Positions 8,757 to 16,953 of a DNA stretch of 54,154 nucleotides are shown in pieces (position 1 is the first letter of the stretch; each line of letters begins with the position of its first letter). Location of the stretch: assembly GCA_034659855.1 (NCBI GenBank), contig JAYEIA010000298.1, forward strand, positions 1-54,154. The letters are read 5' to 3'. Below the pieces are notes generated by a model. That model was not told the DNA's origin. It did no database searches and saw nothing but the letters and a program-made list of their open reading frames with translations. Source of the stretch: Bacteroidota bacterium. Lineage in GTDB: Bacteria > Bacteroidota > Bacteroidia > Bacteroidales > JAADGE01. The position numbers and the translations under genes are program-made.

Positions 8757-9392
8757 ATGAAACAAAAAATTGAAAAAATATTACTTAATACAACTGATCT
8801 ATTCCAAAAATACGGAATAAAAAGTTTAACAATGTCTGATATTGCACGGCTGAATATGGTGTCAAAAAAGACGTTGTATAATTATGTCTCAGATAAAGCG
8901 GAGCTGGTAGAATTAGTTTTGCAGCATTTTTTTGCCGTGATTTATGACAAAATAAATCAAGAAAGTAGTAAAGCACAAAATGCAATTGAAGAGATGCTTT
9001 ATATTCAAAAACAGCTCGTAGAAGTAGTCAAAAATCACAACTATTCTGTTGAATTCGATTTGAGAAAATACTATCCTCTTTTGTATGACAAAATGAATCT
9101 TGACAAAAGCAGACAGTTGTATAAAGAAATGAAAGAGAATATTGAGAGAGGTCAATCAGAAGGCCTATACAGACAAGAAGTTGATGCAGATTTAATAGCA
9201 AAAAGCAGAGTAATATTTCAAACACAACGCATTGATAATGAGTTTGTTTCATTCAAAGAGTTTGCCAATGTAAGAGCGTTGAAACATATGATGGAGTATC
9301 ATATGAGAGCTATTTGTACAGAGGAGGGACTCAAGGTTTTAACACAATTGATAAAAGAATTTAATAATGAGAATTGTGATCATGAAAATTAA
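8757..9392 (+). CDS. TetR/AcrR family transcriptional regulator
   Basis: HTH LFQKYGIKSLTMSDIARLNMVSKKTLYNY; ATG at 8757 preferred over TTG at 8721. Confidence 0.92.
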   Translation: MKQKIEKILLNTTDLFQKYGIKSLTMSDIARLNMVSKKTLYNYVSDKAELVELVLQHFFAVIYDKINQESSKAQNAIEEMLYIQKQLVEVVKNHNYSVEFDLRKYYPLLYDKMNLDKSRQLYKEMKENIERGQSEGLYRQEVDADLIAKSRVIFQTQRIDNEFVSFKEFANVRALKHMMEYHMRAICTEEGLKVLTQLIKEFNNENCDHEN

Positions 9393-10791
9393 ACTGAAAT
9401 TTATACCAATTCTTGCTTTAACCCTTTGCATAAATATTGTATCGGCACAAGAGGAACCCAAAGATACCACCACTGAATACAGCCTCCAAGAAATTCAAAA
9501 CTATGCCGTGAAGCACAATTATGAAGTTCAGAACACACAGCTGGACATAGAAGTTGCCAAAAAGCAAAAATGGGAAACCACAGCTATTGGGTTACCACGC
9601 ATTGAGGGTTCTGCTGAGTATCAAAATTTTCCGGAAATACCCACGCAATTAATGCCCAATTTTATTACACCGGCTGTTTATGGTGTAAATACCGGATTAT
9701 TCGGACTCATACCCATAGCCCCCATGCCCGAGGATGAAAAAATGCCCGTGCAATTTGGCAGTAAACACAATACAACTTGGGGAGTTACAGCATCTCAACT
9801 TTTGTTCAGCGGGGAATATATTGTTGGTCTTAAGGCATCAAAAATTTATCTTGAATTGTCAAAAACAGCTCATAAACGTAAGAAAGAAGAAGTTAAGGAA
9901 ACCGTAAGCAAAACCTATTACCTCATTTTGATTACTGAAGAAAGTATCTCCCTCATGGATTCAGTTTACAGAGGATTGGAGCAACTCCGGCACGAAACCG
10001 AGCAATTGGTCGAGGCCGGCTTTGCAGAACAAACAGATGCCAGGCAAATTGAATTGAATGTTAAGAATACCGAAAACAGCTTAAACTCCATGAGGCAGCA
10101 AAGAGAAATCTTATACCGCATGCTGAAATTTCAATCCGGCTTAGAAGAAAACACACCGATTCAGTTAAGTTCCGGATTACCCGAAATTATTTCCGAAATG
10201 GATTCGGCAAACGTTTTAATGGCCGATTTTGATTTATACCAAACCACCGATTACCGCATGTTGCAGGTGCAGCAGGAACTCAGTCAATTGGAGTTGATGA
10301 GAGAAAAATCCTTGGTTCTTCCTCAGTTATCGGCCTATTTTTCATACAGTGAACAGGCTATGCAAGAGGAGTTGGACTTGTTTTCGGAGGATACCGAGTG
10401 GTATCCAACCAGTGTTTGGGGCATAAAACTAACGATTCCTATTTTTGCTTCAGGACAACGATGGGCCAAGATAAAACAAAAGCAATATAAGTTTGAAAAA
10501 ACAGTGAATATTAAATCTCAAAACAGCAGAGCGTTGCAATTAGATTTTGCTCAAACCCGAAGTAATTACACAGCGACTTCCGAAAATTTGGAAAATATAG
10601 AGGCAAACAAAAAATTGGCTCTGCAAATATACGAAAATACTAAAGTGAAATATAAAGAAGGTACTGCATCCGGATTAGAATTGACACAGGCTCAGAATCA
10701 GTACTTTATATCACTTACAAATTATTACAGCACTTTGGGAGATTTGATAGATATTCATATTAAACTAAAAAGACTTTTAAGATTTGAGTAA
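9382..10791 (+). CDS. TolC-family outer membrane efflux protein
   Basis: Signal peptide, LPQLSA...IKLTIPIF strand, YKEGTASGLEL motif, operon context. Confidence 0.92.
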   Translation: MKIKLKFIPILALTLCINIVSAQEEPKDTTTEYSLQEIQNYAVKHNYEVQNTQLDIEVAKKQKWETTAIGLPRIEGSAEYQNFPEIPTQLMPNFITPAVYGVNTGLFGLIPIAPMPEDEKMPVQFGSKHNTTWGVTASQLLFSGEYIVGLKASKIYLELSKTAHKRKKEEVKETVSKTYYLILITEESISLMDSVYRGLEQLRHETEQLVEAGFAEQTDARQIELNVKNTENSLNSMRQQREILYRMLKFQSGLEENTPIQLSSGLPEIISEMDSANVLMADFDLYQTTDYRMLQVQQELSQLELMREKSLVLPQLSAYFSYSEQAMQEELDLFSEDTEWYPTSVWGIKLTIPIFASGQRWAKIKQKQYKFEKTVNIKSQNSRALQLDFAQTRSNYTATSENLENIEANKKLALQIYENTKVKYKEGTASGLELTQAQNQYFISLTNYYSTLGDLIDIHIKLKRLLRFE

Positions 10792-10802
10792 TAAGAATTT
10801 TG

Positions 10803-10971
10803 GGCTCCGGTTTAGAATAGAGGTGTTTTTTTGAATATGAAGATTATAAGTCCTTTACAAGATAATATTCAAATTTTCGGAGGTTGAGCAAAGTCGAAAC
10901 CGGTTTCGGAGCTTGTTTTGCAAACAACATACTCAACCTCCGGAAAAACAACATCATTTTAAACTAAAGCC
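10803..10971. mobile_element. MITE family A, copy 1 (169 bp)
   Basis: Degenerate TIRs GGCT...TTTAGAAT / ATTTTAAACTAAAGCC; exact 8-bp direct repeat GAATTTTG at 10795-10802 and 10972-10979; second copy at 29455-29627. Confidence 0.85.
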
Positions 10972-11026
10972 GAATTTTGTAATACCTGTTTTTTGATTAA
11001 TTATAATTTGAATTAAAGAAAGCAAA

Positions 11027-12139
11027 ATGAAAAAAATATTAATTACAGCCCTTTCAATATTAATGATATACGGCTGCCGGGATCAGCAAAGGACTACAGG
11101 AACTGTTCAAAAAGAAATATTTCAAACAAAACAACATTTGGCAAATTTGGAAGACGAATACGCAAAGCTTTTGAGCCAAGACAGTGCGAAAGAAATTGGC
11201 ATTAAGGTCAGGGTTATTGATGTTAAAGTCAAGAATATTGAGCATGAGTTTACGGTAACCGGTTCAGCAGAAGCTGATAAGATTGCCTATGTTACTCCGG
11301 AGACCAACGGGCAAATTAAGAAGATATATGTCAGGGAAGGAGGATATGTAAAAAAAGGACAGTTGTTGATTGGGCTGAATTCGGCGGTTTTACGAAATAG
11401 TATTCGTGAGGTAAAAAAAGGACTGGAACTGGCAAAAATCATGTATGAAAAGCAAAAAAGATTGGCCGAAGAATGCGTAGGGAAAGAGGTTGATCTTTTG
11501 CAAGCTAAGAACAGTAAAGAAAGTTTAGAGGCCAAATTACAAACCTTGAATTCACAGTTGGAGATGTCTCAAATTAGAGCTCCTTTTTCAGGCATAGTAG
11601 ATAAAATTATTGGTAAAGAAGGGGAAATGGCATCGCCCGGTATGCGTATTATACAATTGGTTAACTTGACAAATATGAGTGTAACAGTCAATGTCTCTGA
11701 AAAATATATTTCATTACTGAAAAAGGGTCAAAAGGCCAAACTTACCTTTACTGCTTATCCCGAAATGGAAATAAATGCAAAAGTCAGTCGTATAGGAAAT
11801 GTTATAAATCCTGTAAACAGAACATTTGAAGTAGAAGTGAATTTTAAGAACAGAGCGAGGAAAATCAAACCGAATATGATTGCCCGAATGCACCTTTCTG
11901 ATTACTCGGGAAAGGGAATCGCTATTCCCTCAAATTTGATACTTAACGATAAAAAGGGAAAGTATGTTTATGTGGCTGTTCAGGACGGGGAAAATTATTC
12001 GGCCCGCAAAAAATACATTCAAACAGGATACACCCTCGGAGCAGATTTGGTTGTTATCGGCTTAGTCGAAAATGACTTGGTTATTGCCGAGGGATTGAAT
12101 TTTGTGAGTAATGAAATTAAACTCCGTATAGTGAAATAA
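11027..12139 (+). CDS. RND efflux periplasmic adaptor (membrane fusion lipoprotein)
   Basis: Lipobox-like IYGC, GQIKKIYVREGGYVKKGQLL, IRAPFSGIV motifs. Confidence 0.93.
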   Translation: MKKILITALSILMIYGCRDQQRTTGTVQKEIFQTKQHLANLEDEYAKLLSQDSAKEIGIKVRVIDVKVKNIEHEFTVTGSAEADKIAYVTPETNGQIKKIYVREGGYVKKGQLLIGLNSAVLRNSIREVKKGLELAKIMYEKQKRLAEECVGKEVDLLQAKNSKESLEAKLQTLNSQLEMSQIRAPFSGIVDKIIGKEGEMASPGMRIIQLVNLTNMSVTVNVSEKYISLLKKGQKAKLTFTAYPEMEINAKVSRIGNVINPVNRTFEVEVNFKNRARKIKPNMIARMHLSDYSGKGIAIPSNLILNDKKGKYVYVAVQDGENYSARKKYIQTGYTLGADLVVIGLVENDLVIAEGLNFVSNEIKLRIVK

Positions 12140-12224
12140 TACAGTTCGCTTAATGGGAGAGATAATCAGCTTTCAATATTGTTTTTAATAGGACTTCAAC
12201 TTGAATAAATATTATGCCAATGAA

Positions 12225-12449
12225 GAGTCCGGTCTATAAAGTTTTTAAAGTTTAAAGTGTTATTTGTCTAATATTCAGATAGTTATTGAAATATAGCAAT
12301 TCTACATAATTCATTGAGTATCAAATAATTAACTTTACAAACTTTCAACTTTAAAACTTTTTACACTACATTCAATTAACTTAAAACTCTTATTTTTAGC
12401 ACTTTAACTTTATAAACTTTCAACTTTATAACTTTTTAAACTGAATTCA
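12225..12449. repeat. Two adjacent AAAGT/ACTTT-rich family C repeats
   Basis: Reverse complement of 12371-12449 matches 29269-29447 once the inserted element there is removed; 12225-12375 has AAAGT units on the left and ACTTT units on the right. Confidence 0.7.
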
Positions 12450-15400
12450 ATGAATATAAAAGAAAATCTGCGAGAGTTTAAATTGACTACCGCAGCCCTC
12501 AAAAATTCCAACACCATTTACCTGTTAATCATCATCTTGGTGATATTGGGTTTAATATCCTACCGGAATATGCCCAAGGAAATGTTTCCGGATGCTTCTT
12601 TGCCCACCATATTAGTTCAGACCGTATATCCCGGCAATTCCTCTGCCGATATGGAAAATTTGGTCAGTAGGCCTTTGGAAAAGGAAATTGAGACCATTGA
12701 CGGTATCAACTCTTTAGAATCAACGTCCTCGCAAGATAATTCAATTATTATTGTAGAATTGGATGCTTCCGTAAAAATTGAAAAAGCACTCCAAGATGTC
12801 AAAGATGCTGTGGACCGAGCACTGGGTGAATTACCGGAAGACCTACCGGCCGATCCCTTTGTCTCCGACATTGATGTTTCGGAGTTTCCGATTGTTAATG
12901 TGAACTTGTCGGGTGATTTTTCGGTCCCCGAACTTAAAAAGTATGCCGAATTTTTGGAAGAAAAAATTGAAGAGCTGCCCCAAATTTCAAAAGTCAATAT
13001 CAAGGGAGTAGAAGATCGAATGGTGCATTTACCGCTGGATAAATCTAAAATGGATGCATTCAAACTGACCTTTACTGATATTGAAAATGCCGTGGCCTAT
13101 GAGAATATGTCGGTCTCGGGGGGAGATATTATTATTGACGGAATACGTCGTTCGGTTAGAACCAACGGCGAATTTAATTCTGTCAGCGAGATTGAAAGCG
13201 TTGTAGTGAAGAGTGAAAAGGGGAAATCAGTTTATTTGAGAGATGTCCTTGCCGGGGGAAAAGCAATAGACGGTTTTGCCGAACCGCTTTCAGTTGCTCG
13301 CCTGGGCAATGAAACCGTAGTATCTGTACAGGTGATTAAAAAGACCGGAGAAAACTTAATTATAGCAGTAGAGCAAATTTTTCAAATTCTTGATAATGCC
13401 AAGAAAAAAAATGAACTTCCGGAAACAATAAGGATTACGGTAACCAATGACCAATCTGATATGGTCAAGGGAATGATAAAGAATTTGGAGAATAACATAA
13501 TTATGGGCGTTTTGTTTGTGATGTTTGTTCTGTTCTTCTTTTTAGGTACGCGCAATGCTATGTTTGTCGGTTTTTCAATACCCATGTCTATGTTGATTTC
13601 CTTTTTGGTGTTAACCCTTATAGGTTCTACTATCAATATGATGGTCCTTTTTGGTCTAATCCTGGCGTTGGGTCTGTTGGTCGACAATGCCATTGTTGCC
13701 GTAGAAAATATACACCGATTTATGCATCGAGGATATTCTCGTTTTGAGGCGGCAAAACTTGCCGTGGGTGAAATTGCCTGGCCAATTATAGCCTCTACCG
13801 CTACCACTTTGGCGGCATTCATTCCGCTGGCCATGTGGCCGGGCATGATTGGGAAATTTATGAAATTTCTTCCCATCACCCTAATTATTGTATTGAGTTC
13901 ATCATTGTTTACCGCACTTGTATTGATACCGGTACTTACCCGCTCCTTTTCTCGCAAAACAGAAGAACGCCCGCCCCAAAAACGAACGCTTATTATTTCA
14001 GGAATCGGGGGAGTGTTAGCTGTAATGTTTTATGTTACAGGGGTATATGTATTGGCTAATCTGTTGCTGATTATAGCCGTAATTACGATGCTGAATCGAT
14101 ATTTCTTTTTTGGAGTATCCGTTTGGTTCAGAAAGGTGTTTTTAATAAAATTGGAATACTTTTACCTGAGGGTAATAAAATATACATTAAGAGGAAAGCG
14201 GCCTGTAATGTTTTTGTTAGGAACGGTAGGTATTATGCTGTTAACAATTTCTATTTACTTTATGAGTTCGCCTAAAGTAGAATTTTTTCCTGTCAATGAA
14301 CCAAAATATATTAATGTGCAAGTCGAACTTCCGGTTGGAGTTGATTTACCGAGAACCGACAGCACCATGCAACTTATTGAGAAAGATATTAACCGCATTC
14401 TTGATGAAGGTGATTACGGGAGTATTGTGAAATCTGTGTTAACTACAGTGGGTAAAGGAGCTGTCGGTGAACAAGAAATGGCATTCGGGAAGACCCCGCA
14501 TAAGGGAATAACAACAATAAATTTTGTGGACTATCAGGATCGTGAGGGAATAAACACGGCAGAATTAAGAGAGCTTTTGAGTCATGAGATCATTGGGAAA
14601 TATCCGGGAGTTACGGTAACTGTGGCTAAAAATGGAATGGGACCTCCTACCGGAAAAGCAATTAATATTGAATTGACCGGGGAGAACTACGAAGAGTTGC
14701 ATACGACTGCCGACTCGATTAAAATCTTTTTGACCGCTCAAAATATTTCCGGTGTTGAAGCCTTGAGACTTAGTGTCAGTAAAGGGAACCCATCCATGAT
14801 TATAGATATTGACCGGGATAAAGCCGGCCGATTCGGATTATCTACCGGACAAATTGCCTCTGCCATAAGAACCGCTTTATTTGGTAAAGAAATATCTGAC
14901 TACAAAGTGGGAGAGGAAGAATATCCAATAAAGATTCAATTATCTGATAAGTATCGAAATAATATTGATGCACTTCTTAATCAAATCATCACATTTCGAA
15001 ATAAACAAGGAAAGTTTGTGCATATTCCGATTTCCTCTGTTGCCGATTTTTCATACTCTACAAGTTACGGCTCGATTAAGCGAATAGACGGAAAGCGGGT
15101 AATAACTATTTTTTCGGGAATTACAGAGGGGGCTAATGCCAATGAAATAAACCGGATAATTGAACAAGTGTTAAGTACCGTAGATTTGCCCAATGGAATT
15201 GAATACGAACTAACCGGAGAACAGCAGGAACAAGCAGAAACAGGAGCTTTTTTGGCAAGAGCGATGATGCTCGCCATCGGTTTTATACTTATGATAATGA
15301 TTACCCAATTTAATTCTGTTGTAAAACCGTTTATTATTATTGCGAGTGTATTGTTTAGCACCATCGGAGTATTTGGTGGGTTAGCTACGTTTCAGATGAA

Positions 15401-15866
15401 TTTTGTTGTTATTATGACCGGTGTAGGAATTATATCTCTGGCCGGTGTTGTGGTCAACAACGCCATTGTATTGATAGATTATATTGACTATCTTAAGTTA
15501 CAACGAAAATATGAACTTTCTCTCAGCAAGGAAGACAGTTTGCCGGTATCCGAAATAGTTAAGGCTATAGTAAAGGGAGGGCAAACGCGTTTGCACCCCG
15601 TTTTATTAACAGCGATTACTACAATTTTGGGCTTATTGCCAATGGCTGTAGGTTTTAATATTGACTTTGAAGGCTTGTTGTCAAATTTTGCCCCAAATAT
15701 ATATTTCGGAGGCGACAATGCCCTATTTTGGGGACCAATGGCATGGACCGTCATATTTGGATTAGCCTTTGCAACCTTTCTTACTTTGGTGTTGGTTCCT
15801 GTTATGTATCTCATGGCCAATAGAATTAAGTTGTATTTTATTGACAAACAAAAATTGGAACAATAA
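12450..15866 (+). CDS. RND efflux transporter permease (AcrB/AcrD/AcrF family)
   Basis: 1138 aa; GLLVDNAIVAVEN, GVVVNNAIVLID and RLHPVLLTAITT motifs. Confidence 0.95.
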   Translation: MNIKENLREFKLTTAALKNSNTIYLLIIILVILGLISYRNMPKEMFPDASLPTILVQTVYPGNSSADMENLVSRPLEKEIETIDGINSLESTSSQDNSIIIVELDASVKIEKALQDVKDAVDRALGELPEDLPADPFVSDIDVSEFPIVNVNLSGDFSVPELKKYAEFLEEKIEELPQISKVNIKGVEDRMVHLPLDKSKMDAFKLTFTDIENAVAYENMSVSGGDIIIDGIRRSVRTNGEFNSVSEIESVVVKSEKGKSVYLRDVLAGGKAIDGFAEPLSVARLGNETVVSVQVIKKTGENLIIAVEQIFQILDNAKKKNELPETIRITVTNDQSDMVKGMIKNLENNIIMGVLFVMFVLFFFLGTRNAMFVGFSIPMSMLISFLVLTLIGSTINMMVLFGLILALGLLVDNAIVAVENIHRFMHRGYSRFEAAKLAVGEIAWPIIASTATTLAAFIPLAMWPGMIGKFMKFLPITLIIVLSSSLFTALVLIPVLTRSFSRKTEERPPQKRTLIISGIGGVLAVMFYVTGVYVLANLLLIIAVITMLNRYFFFGVSVWFRKVFLIKLEYFYLRVIKYTLRGKRPVMFLLGTVGIMLLTISIYFMSSPKVEFFPVNEPKYINVQVELPVGVDLPRTDSTMQLIEKDINRILDEGDYGSIVKSVLTTVGKGAVGEQEMAFGKTPHKGITTINFVDYQDREGINTAELRELLSHEIIGKYPGVTVTVAKNGMGPPTGKAINIELTGENYEELHTTADSIKIFLTAQNISGVEALRLSVSKGNPSMIIDIDRDKAGRFGLSTGQIASAIRTALFGKEISDYKVGEEEYPIKIQLSDKYRNNIDALLNQIITFRNKQGKFVHIPISSVADFSYSTSYGSIKRIDGKRVITIFSGITEGANANEINRIIEQVLSTVDLPNGIEYELTGEQQEQAETGAFLARAMMLAIGFILMIMITQFNSVVKPFIIIASVLFSTIGVFGGLATFQMNFVVIMTGVGIISLAGVVVNNAIVLIDYIDYLKLQRKYELSLSKEDSLPVSEIVKAIVKGGQTRLHPVLLTAITTILGLLPMAVGFNIDFEGLLSNFAPNIYFGGDNALFWGPMAWTVIFGLAFATFLTLVLVPVMYLMANRIKLYFIDKQKLEQ

Positions 15867-15931
15867 GTTTATTGAGCTATGAAAAAGTACGGTTTTGTCG
15901 TACTTCTTTTCTTACTAACAGATATTTTTTC

Positions 15932-15972
15932 AAGCCGGTGTGCCATTTTGTATGCCGGCTTTGTTCTGTTTT
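15932..15972 (+). terminator. Possible intrinsic terminator after the RND gene
   Basis: AAGCCGG...CCGGCTT stem followed by a T-rich tract. Confidence 0.4.
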
Positions 15973-16003
15973 TCGTTAGTTCTACTTTACGAAGTTTGGA
16001 AAC

Positions 16004-16176
16004 GCTCTGAAAGAGCAATTTAATTCAGCCCGGTGCAACGTACCGGGTTCGGAATAAACGAGCTTGTTCGCCCTGCAAGGGCAGTTTATTAATAAGTTGC
16101 CTTTACAAGGCGAGACTAAAAATGATAATAGCTCAAGGCGTTGCCTTGGGTTGAAATAAACCGGTCTTTTCAGCCC
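16004..16176. repeat. Multi-hairpin GC-rich repeat of the GCCCTG.AAGGGC class (REP-like)
   Basis: Serial hairpins GCTCTGAAAGAGC, CCCGGTGCAACGTACCGGG, GCCCTGCAAGGGC, CAAGGCGTTGCCTTG between convergent genes. Confidence 0.65.
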
Positions 16177-16228
16177 GTCACAGAAAACTCATACTTTATG
16201 TGTTTAAAGTCTGCTGTAATCACAAATG

Positions 16229-16648
16229 TTAAAAATTATCGACACCAAGGTTCAGGTATTTATTGATTATTTTACCAAAAAGTTTTTTGCTGATTGGCTT
16301 AGGGATAAGTTCATTGCAACCGGAAATCAAAGCCTTATCTCTGTTTTCATTAGAAGCATAAGCCGTTTGAGCAATAATTGGGACTTTTGATTGAAGATCT
16401 CTTATTTGTTTTGTAGCAGAGAAACCATCGGTAACAGGCATTCTGATATCCATAAATATTAAGTCAATTAATTTAGCCTTTGTTGAATATATATTGATGG
16501 CCTCTTCGCCGTTTATCGCATGATAAATATTGGTATCTAATTGAAAAACGTCTTTCAACAAGGTTTCCAGCAGGTAGTAGTTTATCTCTTCATCATCAGC
16601 AATCAAAATGCCAATAGGGCGGGCGGTGTTTTTGGGTGGATTTTTCAT
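16229..16648 (-). CDS. Single-domain response regulator (receiver)
   Basis: LIADDEEIN, FMDIRMPVTDG, IAQTAYA motifs. Confidence 0.9.
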   Translation of the reverse strand: MKNPPKNTARPIGILIADDEEINYYLLETLLKDVFQLDTNIYHAINGEEAINIYSTKAKLIDLIFMDIRMPVTDGFSATKQIRDLQSKVPIIAQTAYASNENRDKALISGCNELIPKPISKKLFGKIINKYLNLGVDNF

Positions 16649-16850
16649 TTGGTTAAGCTAAGTTTTCATACAATATACAAAATTTATTGTAGAAAAATAT
16701 GAAAATATGGTGAACCGTCAGTATTTGGTTACGAACTAATATATTCTGATGGTCTCCCTAAATCATAGGCTAATATTTTGATTCAGCATAAAAATATATT
16801 TAAGATGAAAAGTAATAGAAAAAAACAGACTCCTTTTTGACCATTACACC

Positions 16851-16930
16851 GACTTTTGCAAAGAGTGTATTTGCTGAATGTCAATGTATTGTATCATTAT
16901 ATCATTAAATAATTAAACCATTTAAAGTAT
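16851..16930. repeat. Partial copy of MITE family B
   Basis: GACTTTTGCAAAGAGTGTATTTGCTGAAT...AAACCATTTAAAGTAT closely matches 29695-29773; left TIR missing. Confidence 0.8.
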
Positions 16931-16953
16931 TTTTATTTTAAAAATAAATCCGG

